Shown here: positions 19,022-28,350 of the stretch, piece after piece
Layout of the letters: every line of letters begins with the position of its first letter
Numbering within the stretch: position 1 is the first letter of the stretch
Source: Candidatus Berkelbacteria bacterium
Lineage (GTDB): Bacteria > Patescibacteriota > UBA1384 > JACPKC01
DNA: 64,000 bases
Direction of reading: 5' to 3'
NCBI GenBank assembly: GCA_016187225.1
Contig: JACPKC010000010.1
Coordinates: forward strand, 156,590 to 220,589
The notes under the pieces: model-generated
Databases searched by the model: none
Told to the model about the DNA's origin: nothing
Seen by the model: only the letters and a program-made list of their open reading frames with translations
Position numbers and translations under genes: made by a program

Positions 19022-19942
19022 GTGGAACTAATTTTGGTCGGCGTTGCCGTGGGGATGTTCTTCTTTGGGATGGGGATGACCAGGCGAGAGTCTGGGGCTT
19101 CGATCAAAAATAAGACTCCGATCAAAAAAGATCTACAGGGTGCCAAGATTGGTGTTGCCTGCATTGAGCCGAATGGCTCGGTTCACGACCTCGAGGCCGA
19201 GGTGATCAATGCCGTCCTGGGGAATGGCGGACACTGTGTGGCCACCAATCGAAAACGAGTGCATGAGCTCATGAAGGGGCTCGACGTTACCGACGGTGGT
19301 GGCCGAATAGTTAATGCCGATCTACTGATCGCCGGCATTGTTACCGAGCAGACCGAGGAGCTCCAACTTGGGGGAGCGGCGACTTATACCCAGGAATTTA
19401 TTGCTTGGGTATTCCACCACTATCCGCGGGCGCTGGACAGGTATCAGTACTTCAAATCTGATTACGAAATTGGTGGTGACAGCAGGTGGAAACCATACCC
19501 GGAAATGGATCTCAAAAAGATCCAGGCACAGTACCAGAAACAGATGCAGGTACAAACCACTGTCTGGAGTGCTCGCAAGCAGTCCCGTCGAACCGTCACC
19601 GTCGATTTTCGTTGCTTTAGCGCCTATGGCGAGGTAATGGGCGCCGGAGTTCTGACGGAGACTGTCAAGAATGCTGACAGCCCAGCGAGCCTGCTGACGC
19701 TCGCCCAGCAGATCGTCGCCCGGTTGCACGTCCACCGGTCGGAAGCGGAGCTCGAGCTCTGGTACGGCGACGCCCGAGCTGCCGCCATTCATCGGCCGAT
19801 CGTGCCACTCGCACCACCCCAGCTCCCGACGAGCTCCAGCCACGTTGAAGAGCAGGCTCCTCCTGCTCCATGGCGTGAAGAACAACCGGAGGGATCACTG
19901 CTCTGCGACTATCGCACCAAGCGGATAGGGGTGGACGACTAG
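19022..19942 (+). CDS. Membrane-anchored hypothetical protein, possible CsgG/HfaB/LpoB-like fold with insertion
   Basis: GTG 19022 is in frame with the 18701 ORF; N-terminal TM; pattern VATNR..V.EL...G....ADLLIAG.VT...VTVDFR.....GEV. Confidence 0.55.
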   Translation: MELILVGVAVGMFFFGMGMTRRESGASIKNKTPIKKDLQGAKIGVACIEPNGSVHDLEAEVINAVLGNGGHCVATNRKRVHELMKGLDVTDGGGRIVNADLLIAGIVTEQTEELQLGGAATYTQEFIAWVFHHYPRALDRYQYFKSDYEIGGDSRWKPYPEMDLKKIQAQYQKQMQVQTTVWSARKQSRRTVTVDFRCFSAYGEVMGAGVLTETVKNADSPASLLTLAQQIVARLHVHRSEAELELWYGDARAAAIHRPIVPLAPPQLPTSSSHVEEQAPPAPWREEQPEGSLLCDYRTKRIGVDD

Positions 19943-19954
19943 AAGACGGGTTTG

Positions 19955-19984
19955 AAATGCGGCCCACCCGGGCCGCATTTTTTA
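19955..19984 (+). terminator. Intrinsic terminator
   Basis: AAATGCGGCCC-ACCC-GGGCCGCATTT-TTTT. Confidence 0.85.
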
Positions 19985-20133
19985 TTGCTGAATATTTTTG
20001 AGACCATTGAAAAAAGTGTTCATGTTCTAACTTGTCGAGAACTATTCATTACGAGTTTCTCCACCAAAAGGTCCAGGTATAGTCCTTAGTTCTTTTACAG
20101 ATGTTTCCCAGGGACATTAAACGAAGGAGGGTG

Positions 20134-20916
20134 ATGACGATGTCGACCCCATCGATCACGCCTATGAATACAACCCCGAATGAATTTGCCGATGAACGAG
20201 TGAGACCGCATGCGGACTTCGTTTACGACTCAAACACTTTGCCAACTCTCAATAAGCAGGAGAAGAATCTCCGCAAAGTCCTGGGAATGAAGAAAAGTGC
20301 CCAGATAGTCCGGATTCCGTGGCAAGTTGAGATACCTGCCGAGGCCGATGGCCTCATGCTGGTTTCCTCGCTTTCCGATCTCGGCAAAGTGTTTGGTCTT
20401 AATGACCCGCTCGGTGAGAATTACGGCCCACTCTGTATTTAGATTGTGGAGCGAGTCGGGAAGTCCCGGCAACCCTTTGCCAACTACTGCTACTGCGAGG
20501 ATGTATTTTTCAGAGAGCGCATTCGTCTTCACACCGACGTCCGTAGCCGCTGGGAAACACTTGAGGAAAAACACTCAGTGGAACAACTCCGGCTGTTTGA
20601 GCTCCCGGTCTCAACCGGCAGATTATACCAAGGCTACTCACCCCGAAACGCTCGGCAGGACGCCTTCATAAAAGGTCAGTTGTCACTTGATCCGGCCACA
20701 GGCGTCTGTGTTCTTGCGGCTTGGCCGAACCGACTGACTCGTTATCCGGAAACCTTTATGGATTTTCCAGGTGCGGAATACGCGCCGTGCGCTGACGGCG
20801 ACTTCGTCCATGTCCTGTCTTTCAGCTGGGAAGCTGGCGATTCTTGGCTTCGCTCCGTCCGGGCCGAGTTTGTCTTCGGATGCTATGGGTCCGCCGTGGT
20901 GTTCCTCCCGGAGTGA
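20134..20916 (+). pseudogene. Putative DGR-target-like gene interrupted by one in-frame TAG (20440-20442)
   Basis: ORFs 20101-20442 and 20446-20916 are in the same frame; SD GGAGG before ATG 20134; C-terminus GAEYAPCADGDF...YGSAVVFLPE resembles a variable repeat. Confidence 0.6.
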
Positions 20917-20977
20917 TATCCCTGGGGACTTGAGGCCTTGGTGTCTTTTGTTCCCCTGGAACACGTTCAGGAGATTG

Positions 20978-21018
20978 GGAGTGGATTGGATGTTACCCGT
21001 CCCGTCCACTCCTTTTTT
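20978..21018 (+). terminator. Intrinsic terminator
   Basis: GGAGTGGA...TCCACTCC-TTTTTT. Confidence 0.65.
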
Positions 21019-21496
21019 ATTGCCGTAAGTGGGCGAGAGCAATGCCGTAGGCCACGGTTACATTGAGCGATTCTTTTATGCCGAGCATGGGAATTTGGAT
21101 AGTCTGATTAGCTAATTTAAGCGCTCCTTCAGAGACGCCGTAAAGTTCATGACCAACAACAAGCGCGATAGGCGCGTTGCTTGGTGGCGAATACGTAGTA
21201 ATAGATAGCGCTGTCGGGGCTTGTTCAAGAGCGAGGATAAACAAACCATCTCGTTTTAGTTCTCTTATCACCTCGATTGCCTGTGGCGCATACGACCACG
21301 GCACAGTTTGTTCGGCGCCAAGCGAGGTCTTTGTGATTTGAGCTCTCTGCTTTGCTTCGGCCGGCGTTCCAGTGAGGCCGCATAAATACAGATGCTCGAT
21401 CGCAAACGCATCACTGGTTCGAAAAATACTCCCAACGTTGTAGAGACTCCGAATATTGTCGAGCACCGCAATAATTCGAGATTGGCGCTTAATCAT
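21017..21496 (-). CDS. SpoU/TrmH-family RNA methyltransferase
   Basis: LDNIRS.YNVGSIFRTSD, VVGHE..GV, IPM.G.KESLNV. Confidence 0.9.
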   Translation of the reverse strand: MIKRQSRIIAVLDNIRSLYNVGSIFRTSDAFAIEHLYLCGLTGTPAEAKQRAQITKTSLGAEQTVPWSYAPQAIEVIRELKRDGLFILALEQAPTALSITTYSPPSNAPIALVVGHELYGVSEGALKLANQTIQIPMLGIKESLNVTVAYGIALAHLRQ

Positions 21497-22957
21497 TTAT
21501 ATCAATTTGCGTTCATCTGGTGTGACATCAATACTGTCTGGGTGTCTATTCTTTTTGATAAGCGGAGTTCTTTTATTCCGTTCACACAACCGGTCGGCAA
21601 GTTCTGGCGAGACATACCAAATAATCTTCTGCTTGTCGTAATTGTAGTATTTTTTCTTTTCTTCGTTTGGATGGGTCACTTCTTGGTCCGCCCAAGCGGC
21701 AAGAACGTTGTAAGCGCGTCCAGATTCCTCTGCCAGATCAATTAATGCAATCCAATCAGTTGGCGCCACCTCTTTGTAAAGAATCTCTGCCCGAAGTCGA
21801 GGATTCTCGCGCATTGCATCAATATCAAGAATTGCCTTGGGTGAGCAATAGTAGCCGATTCGGAAACCTTGTCGAACTTGTCGTGAGATAAATTTTCCAG
21901 CCCCAGGATGATTAACCCGTTGGATTTTTCGGAAATACTGCTGTGCCGTTGAGGTTGATATGTTTCGGTCACTAGCATACTCATATGCATTGATCCAACC
22001 TGTTGGCGGTGACCCAAGTTTGCGCATGCTTTCAATCTGTTTTTCGATTATTTTAACTAGTTCAGGCGCAATAAAATCCGCCTGGCTCCGCCCTCGGCCA
22101 CCCAATGGTCTTTGGATGCGAAAGCGTTTAAGCCAATCTGGATTTTCAACGAGGTTCTTTGCTATCCAGTGCCGGATCGTGCCCGGATCAAGATTATAGT
22201 GAGTCGCCAATTCACTTAACTGACGCCAACCTGCTGGCGATTCATCTGAAATTTTTTGGCGAGGTGACTGAAGGCTTGGCATCTCTGTGCGTTCGAGTGT
22301 CTCCACGACGGTTTTTTTCCACGTTTCAGGATCACTCGTATAGGAGATGCGACTCGTTGGGAACAGTGTGCCTAAATCATCCTTTGTTGTTTCCAAAATT
22401 GAATTAATAGCTTCTTCCCGCACTCCATAAACCACAAATGTTGCATTTCCTTCTTCATTGCAAATTAGAATAAGTTGGTTTTTGTCGGGCAGAAAAAAGG
22501 CGACATACGGCTGTTTGCGTATTTGAGTCGATTCAACTCTGCCGATTTTAACATCATAGTTAAGATTAAGATTGCTTAGAACTTCAATGAGATAAAGTGT
22601 TCTTGGAATAATTTGCTTCCCCCCATTATTGTTTCCGCTCTCTCCTGATTGAATAGCGCCCATCTCGCTAGGCGGTAGAATCACCTCATCAATTTGATCC
22701 CAGTGTTCAGGTAGCTTGAATTCGTTGTCGGTTTTAAGCGTGTGTTCTATAAAACCTTGAACGTCAAAACTGATAATCTCCCCGGCCTGTCGATTTTTGG
22801 ATAGTGTTCGTCGAATAAAAGATTGCGCATTTAGAATCTCGGCCAGAGTTTGCACATCTGTATATTTGGTAAGAAGCTCATGAATTTTGCGTTGAAGTTC
22901 GGCTTTTTGTAATTCAGGGCGTGCTTCGTGATTTGACCCTTGTGCTTCCTCCAGCAT
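21497..22957 (-). CDS. Hypothetical protein with three tandem C-terminal HTH-like repeats
   Basis: Repeats P.GW...ELA......TI.....F/Y.SP; between hisS and trmH. Confidence 0.7.
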   Translation of the reverse strand: MLEEAQGSNHEARPELQKAELQRKIHELLTKYTDVQTLAEILNAQSFIRRTLSKNRQAGEIISFDVQGFIEHTLKTDNEFKLPEHWDQIDEVILPPSEMGAIQSGESGNNNGGKQIIPRTLYLIEVLSNLNLNYDVKIGRVESTQIRKQPYVAFFLPDKNQLILICNEEGNATFVVYGVREEAINSILETTKDDLGTLFPTSRISYTSDPETWKKTVVETLERTEMPSLQSPRQKISDESPAGWRQLSELATHYNLDPGTIRHWIAKNLVENPDWLKRFRIQRPLGGRGRSQADFIAPELVKIIEKQIESMRKLGSPPTGWINAYEYASDRNISTSTAQQYFRKIQRVNHPGAGKFISRQVRQGFRIGYYCSPKAILDIDAMRENPRLRAEILYKEVAPTDWIALIDLAEESGRAYNVLAAWADQEVTHPNEEKKKYYNYDKQKIIWYVSPELADRLCERNKRTPLIKKNRHPDSIDVTPDERKLI

Positions 22958-22960
22958 TGG

Positions 22961-24283
22961 TTAGCTTTCATTGAGTTCGGCGAGACGTTTTTCAATTACA
23001 GATTCGACATCGTCGAAGTGAACTGTTTCTTGGGTGCCGTCGCTCATCATGCGGACGATAATCGTATCGTCGATTGCCTCGCGTTCACCAACAATCAATG
23101 CCAATCGGGCGCCCATTTTATCGGCGCTTTTGAGTTGGGCTTTCAAGCTCTCTTTGCCAAGCGCCATTGAAGCAGCCAAGCCTTTTTTCCCTAAGCTCAC
23201 CAAAAGCGGGATCGCCTTCTTTTTCGCTCGATCGCCCAATTGAATAATCAGAATTTCTGCGCCTGCTTTTTCGATTATTGGAATTTTTTTCTCAACTAAT
23301 TTTTCAATCAAACGTTCGAGGCCAATGCCAAACCCAAAAGCGGGTGTTGCTAATCCGCCCAGTGATTCCACCAAAGTATCGTATCGCCCGCCGCCGCCGA
23401 GCGAGGCTTGGCGGTGAGTGTCGTTTCGGTCACGGATTTCAAAGACGGTGCGCGTGTAATAATCCAGGCCGCGCACTAGAAACGGGTTGAGTTCGTAAGG
23501 CACTCCAGCGCTGTCAAGATACTCAAGGACAAGCATGAAATGTTGACGAGAGGCATCATCGAGGGAATCCACAATTTGTGGCGCCGTTTCTCTATAGGGC
23601 TGACACTGCTCTTCTTTGCAATCGACTAGGCGGAGGGGATTAACCTTAAAACGTCGCTGACAGTTGGCGCAAAGTTTTGGCAAGAGTGGCTGATAATATT
23701 CGTGTAAGACAGTGCGAATTTGTTCGCGTGAAGCGCTGTCGCCGATCGAGTTGAGCTCAATCACCGCGCCTTGATCGAGTTCGAGATCTTGCAGAATTTG
23801 CCAGAGAGCCAAAATTGTCATGGCATCGGTGAGGGGTTCGCCATCGCCGAGTACCTCAACATTTAGCTGGGTATGCTGACGATAGCGCCCTTTTTGCGGT
23901 CGGTCATAGCGAAAAATCGGCATGAATGAAAAAAGTTTAACTGGTTGAGGCCAAGTATGCATCCCGTTTTCAATATAGGCGCGAACGATGCCAGCTGTAC
24001 CTTCGGGACGCAAGACTAGTTCCGGTGTCTGGTTTGGAGTGTTCTGTTCAGTTTGATGAGTGCCGAGACGGACAACGCCGAACAGCTCTTTTTCAATTAG
24101 ATCGGAACTTGTCCCGACGCCTCGAACAAAGAGATCTTTTGCTTCGATAATTGGAGTATCGATGCGTTGAAAACCGAAACTCCGCAAGCGATTAGTGGCA
24201 ATAGTCTGAATTTTTGTCCAGTACTTTTGTTCTGTTGGTAGAACATCGCGCATCCCGCGAGCAATTTGAATCGATTGAGGCAT
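22961..24283 (-). CDS. hisS: Histidine--tRNA ligase
   Basis: RGMRD, LRPEGTA, FRYDRPQKGRYRQH, LVRGLDYY, GGGRYD, GFGIGLER. Confidence 0.98.
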   Translation of the reverse strand: MPQSIQIARGMRDVLPTEQKYWTKIQTIATNRLRSFGFQRIDTPIIEAKDLFVRGVGTSSDLIEKELFGVVRLGTHQTEQNTPNQTPELVLRPEGTAGIVRAYIENGMHTWPQPVKLFSFMPIFRYDRPQKGRYRQHTQLNVEVLGDGEPLTDAMTILALWQILQDLELDQGAVIELNSIGDSASREQIRTVLHEYYQPLLPKLCANCQRRFKVNPLRLVDCKEEQCQPYRETAPQIVDSLDDASRQHFMLVLEYLDSAGVPYELNPFLVRGLDYYTRTVFEIRDRNDTHRQASLGGGGRYDTLVESLGGLATPAFGFGIGLERLIEKLVEKKIPIIEKAGAEILIIQLGDRAKKKAIPLLVSLGKKGLAASMALGKESLKAQLKSADKMGARLALIVGEREAIDDTIIVRMMSDGTQETVHFDDVESVIEKRLAELNES

Positions 24284-24353
24284 TCATTACTCCTTATATA
24301 CAGGAGAATGCTAGCATCTTTTCAGATGAAGAGCAAAGCCTTCCACTTTCTAA

Positions 24354-25847
24354 TCACGAAATTCCGAAGCGGCTTTTAATACTGGTACGAGCCTTTTGCG
24401 TTTTTGCAAAACGGAGCCAATCGCGTTTCGGCCCTTGCGGTTTTTTGGTCACTAAAATTTCTACAATGTCGCCATTTTTAAGTTCAGTATCAAGCGGTTT
24501 GAGACGGTCGTTGATTTTGGCGCCTGTACAGTTATCGCCGATGTCGGAGTGAATTGCGTAAGCAAAATCGATTGGCGTACTTTGGACTGGCAAAGTAATC
24601 ACATCGCCAAGAGGAGTAAAAACAAAGATTTGATCACGAAAAAATTCCAGTCGGAGCATGGCCTGAAGCTCCTTGGGGTCCTTCAAGGTTTGTTGCCATT
24701 TATGCAAATCTGCCAGCCAGCTGGGTCGTGGTAAAACATCGTCTTTTTTTGATTTGTGCTCGGTGTAGTGCCAGTGGGCGGCAATCCCCCACTCTGCTTG
24801 CTCGTGCATTAATGGGGTGCGAATCTGAATCTCGGTAATCTCGCCGTCGACGCCAAAAACCGTACTGTGTAATGATTGATAACCATTCGGTTTTGGAGTT
24901 GCAATATAATCTTTAATCCGACCAAGAAGAGGATTCCAGCGGCTGTGGATCAGTCCGAGAACTTGGTAACAATCAGCAGGTGTTGGCACAATAATGCGAA
25001 TTGCGATTAAATCATAGATCTTGCTTAAGTCGCCTTGGTAACGTTGGAGTTTTTGCCACAGGCTGTACTCATGCTTAACGCGACCGTGAATATCAAGCAT
25101 CTTGATGTGCTCCGATTCCAGATATTGCTTCAAAGTGCGCTGAAAACGCACGATGTACTGATCGCGCTCGCGGATTCGTTCGCCTAGTTGATCGCGCAGA
25201 AATTTGTGTTCTTTAGGATAAACATAAGGAAAAGCTAAATCCTCCAGTCGACCTTTGATGTCGCCCATTCCGAGGCGGTAGGCGAGCGGCGCATAAATTT
25301 CAAGTGTTTCTTGAGCGATTCGGGCTCGTTTATCGGGGCGGACAGCGTGAAGTGTTTCCATATTGTGAAGCCGATCGGCAAGTTTAATAAGAATCACTCG
25401 GATGTCATCAGTCATTGCAAGTAACATCTTGCGCAATGATTCCACTTGGCGCTCAAACGCTACTCGCTCCTCCTCTCGGCGCAAAAGAAAAGCCGGCAGA
25501 AAACGGCCGGTTTTTTTAAGACGAACGCGGGCGAGTTTTGTAACCCCGCTTACGAGTTTGGCGATCCCAGGTCCAAATCGGCGTTCGATTTGTTCGGCGG
25601 CGATGCTCGTGTCTTCGAGAACATCATGCAAAAGCGCCGCGGCTATAGTTTCAACATCGAGTTCAAGTTTAGCCAAAAAAAGCGCGATTCTGACTGGATG
25701 AGTTAAATACGTTTCACCACTTTCTCGCTTGATGCCCCGATGCGCCTCCTCGGCATATTGGTATGCTCGTTCAACTAAGGCCCGATCTTCTTCATTCATG
25801 TAAGATCGAATTGTCTCCTTAAGTTGTAAGTACTCTTTGTCGTGCAT
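24354..25847 (-). CDS. rel: RelA/SpoT homologue (HD-SYNTH-TGS; no ACT domain)
   Basis: LLHDVLED, IKLADRLHNM, DYIATPKPNGYQSLH, EIQIRT, TPIDFAY.IH. Confidence 0.93.
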   Translation of the reverse strand: MHDKEYLQLKETIRSYMNEEDRALVERAYQYAEEAHRGIKRESGETYLTHPVRIALFLAKLELDVETIAAALLHDVLEDTSIAAEQIERRFGPGIAKLVSGVTKLARVRLKKTGRFLPAFLLRREEERVAFERQVESLRKMLLAMTDDIRVILIKLADRLHNMETLHAVRPDKRARIAQETLEIYAPLAYRLGMGDIKGRLEDLAFPYVYPKEHKFLRDQLGERIRERDQYIVRFQRTLKQYLESEHIKMLDIHGRVKHEYSLWQKLQRYQGDLSKIYDLIAIRIIVPTPADCYQVLGLIHSRWNPLLGRIKDYIATPKPNGYQSLHSTVFGVDGEITEIQIRTPLMHEQAEWGIAAHWHYTEHKSKKDDVLPRPSWLADLHKWQQTLKDPKELQAMLRLEFFRDQIFVFTPLGDVITLPVQSTPIDFAYAIHSDIGDNCTGAKINDRLKPLDTELKNGDIVEILVTKKPQGPKRDWLRFAKTQKARTSIKSRFGIS

Positions 25848-28350
25848 TAATCGCTAACGTTTTACCTTTAAGATCGATCTGAAATTCATGGCGGGTTGGG
25901 AAGCGCAAACTTGCATCGGCCACGAGCGTCGCAACGTGAGTTTCGATTAGGCGCCGAATAGCCCGCGCTCCTTCTTTGTTTGCGACAATTTGTGCGATTA
26001 GCCAATTTTCTGCTTCGGGAGTAAGCATTATTTCAAGGCTAGTTGAGCGCGCATAAGTTTTAAGACGATCAAGTTCAAGCTGAACAATTGCGCGTAAAGT
26101 TTCTTCTGCAAGTGGCTGAAAAATTAAGATATTATCCAACCGATTCAAAAACTCGGGCCGAAAATGCTCTTTAAGTTGATCTTGAAGCGGTGTTTGCCAC
26201 CACGGTGTTTGTGAGCTGACCCGAAAACCTATTCCGCCTGCACGTTTCCACAGCTCGCCTCCAATGTTTGAGGTTAGAATGATAAGAGTTTCCCGAAAGC
26301 TAACGGCGCGACCTTTGGAATCAGTAAGTATGCCATCTTCCATCATTTGCAGGAGCAAGTGAAATACATCTGGATGCGCTTTTTCAATTTCATCAAAAAG
26401 CACCAAACGATGCGGTCGTCGCCGGACACTTTCAAGTAGTTTCGCTGGCTCGTCATGGCCAACATAACCTGGTGGTGCGCCTAAGAGTCGAGCCACCTGA
26501 TGACGCTCCATGAATTCGCTCATATCAAGTTTAATGAGCGCATCTTCGGTGCCAAAAATTTCCTCTGCTAAAACCCGAGCAGTTTCGGTTTTACCCACTC
26601 CACTTGGACCAACAAACAAAAAGGCGCCTATTGGACGATTTGGCGATTTTAATCCGCTTTTGGCGCGTCGAATTGTTTGAGCTAGAGTTTTCAAGGATTC
26701 AGTTTGGCCAAGAATTTTAGTCTGAAGAGATTCTTCAAGTTTTAAGAGATTGCGACGATCCGCGTTTCCCAAGCGTTCAATGGGAATTTTTGTCCAGGTG
26801 CTTAAGACATGGCGAATATGGTCGAGAGTTAGCGATTTAGCTCTAGTGGGTGGCGTTTTGAGTTGGGCTGGATCAGCTTCTTTTTGCAAAAGTCGGAGTT
26901 TAATCTCTTGGTCACGCAGATATGCCGCCCGCTCAATGTGACCGGTTTTGAGTTCATACTCTTTTTGATTTTTGAGCCTTTTGAGCTCGCGTTCGATGTC
27001 GTGTGCAGTAGCGCGCCGGCGCGGCGCGGGTGTGTTCTTGGCTCGCATCGCGGCGGCGGCTTCATCAATGAGGTCGATCGCTTTGTCCGGAAAATTCCGA
27101 TCATGAATATAACGATGCGCCAGTGTCACTGTTTCTTCAATCACTTCAGATGGAATACCAATGCCGTGGAAGGCCTCGTATTTTGGCGTGAGACCTTTGA
27201 GAATTTCAACTGTTTCCAACTGCGTGGGTTCACTGACGACAATTGGCTGAAAGCGGCGTTCAAGCGCCGCATCCTTTTCAATATATTTTTGATATTCAGT
27301 ACTCGTGGTGGCGCCAATGAGTCGCAATTGACCTTTGGCAAGCAAAGGCTTTAAGATATTTGCCGCATCCAGAGCGCCCTCGGCGCCACCGGCGCCGGTC
27401 ATGGTATGCAGTTCATCGATGAAGAGCAGAATGTCGCCTTGAGTTTGCACTTCTTCCACAAGATGGCGAAGGCGATCTTCAAACTGGCCGCGATACATTG
27501 TGCCGGCAACCAGGATACTCAATTCCAAACTGACGATTCGGCTGTCAGCTAGATATTCTGGTACGGCGCCACCGACAATTCGTTGCGCCAGTCCTTCAAT
27601 TATGGCTGTTTTCCCCACTCCCGGCTCGCCAATTAGAACGGGATTGTTTTTAGTTTTTCGCCCTAAAATATGCATCAGCCGCTCCAGTTCGGCCTCTCGA
27701 CCAATTAAAGGATCGAGCAGTTTCTCATGCGCTAGCGCTGTAAGGTCAAGCGTGAACTCATCTAGAAATGGTGTTTCCGTTTGTTCGTCGACCTCTTCGG
27801 GTAGATTAAGTTGGGGGCGATGCGTCGATGGGATAGGCTCCTGACTAAGTTGACCGACCACGCCGAGAAGTTCAATTTCTTGGTGAACCATCGTATTCGG
27901 TGATGATTTTTGTTCTGCAAAAAAATGTTCAAGTGATTTTCGAATTGTTTTTGGTTCGATGCCAAGTTGGAGCACGATTTCGTGAGCGCGAGAATTGGTA
28001 TCCGAAATCAGTGCCCAAAGCAGATGTTCTGGTTCAATAAATTGCATGCCAAGTGTTGTTGCCTGAAATGCCGCTCGCTCCAAGACTGCCTTGGCTTCTA
28101 TTTTCATACCCATGCCGCGTTCGGAAGAAATCTCTTTTAATGAGAGCGCCAGACGAATTTGGTCAGGTGTAATTGGCACCTTTCGGAGAAGATTGTAAGC
28201 ATAGGTATCGGGCGTGATGCTGATGGCGAGAAGTAGATGCTCTGAACCAAGCACATTCCCCATCGCCTCCGCATAGCGTTGCGAAGCGAGCAAGACTATC
28301 TTTGCCGACGGAGAGAATTTTCCAAAACTTGCAGATTGCGCGTCATTCAT
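25819..28350 (-). CDS. clpC: ATP-dependent Clp protease ATPase, ClpC-type
   Basis: Clp-N repeats, two AAA modules ([16 protein letters not shown]), short middle domain, GIGF ClpP loop; start taken at MNDAQ. Confidence 0.88.
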   Translation of the reverse strand: MNDAQSASFGKFSPSAKIVLLASQRYAEAMGNVLGSEHLLLAISITPDTYAYNLLRKVPITPDQIRLALSLKEISSERGMGMKIEAKAVLERAAFQATTLGMQFIEPEHLLWALISDTNSRAHEIVLQLGIEPKTIRKSLEHFFAEQKSSPNTMVHQEIELLGVVGQLSQEPIPSTHRPQLNLPEEVDEQTETPFLDEFTLDLTALAHEKLLDPLIGREAELERLMHILGRKTKNNPVLIGEPGVGKTAIIEGLAQRIVGGAVPEYLADSRIVSLELSILVAGTMYRGQFEDRLRHLVEEVQTQGDILLFIDELHTMTGAGGAEGALDAANILKPLLAKGQLRLIGATTSTEYQKYIEKDAALERRFQPIVVSEPTQLETVEILKGLTPKYEAFHGIGIPSEVIEETVTLAHRYIHDRNFPDKAIDLIDEAAAAMRAKNTPAPRRRATAHDIERELKRLKNQKEYELKTGHIERAAYLRDQEIKLRLLQKEADPAQLKTPPTRAKSLTLDHIRHVLSTWTKIPIERLGNADRRNLLKLEESLQTKILGQTESLKTLAQTIRRAKSGLKSPNRPIGAFLFVGPSGVGKTETARVLAEEIFGTEDALIKLDMSEFMERHQVARLLGAPPGYVGHDEPAKLLESVRRRPHRLVLFDEIEKAHPDVFHLLLQMMEDGILTDSKGRAVSFRETLIILTSNIGGELWKRAGGIGFRVSSQTPWWQTPLQDQLKEHFRPEFLNRLDNILIFQPLAEETLRAIVQLELDRLKTYARSTSLEIMLTPEAENWLIAQIVANKEGARAIRRLIETHVATLVADASLRFPTRHEFQIDLKGKTLAINARQRVLTT

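Noticed and set aside
20440-20442. Stop-codon reassignment or pyrrolysine readthrough
   Set aside because: TAG and TGA both terminate conserved genes at their expected ends in this window (ybeY, hit, yqeY, sufB), and no pyl genes are present.
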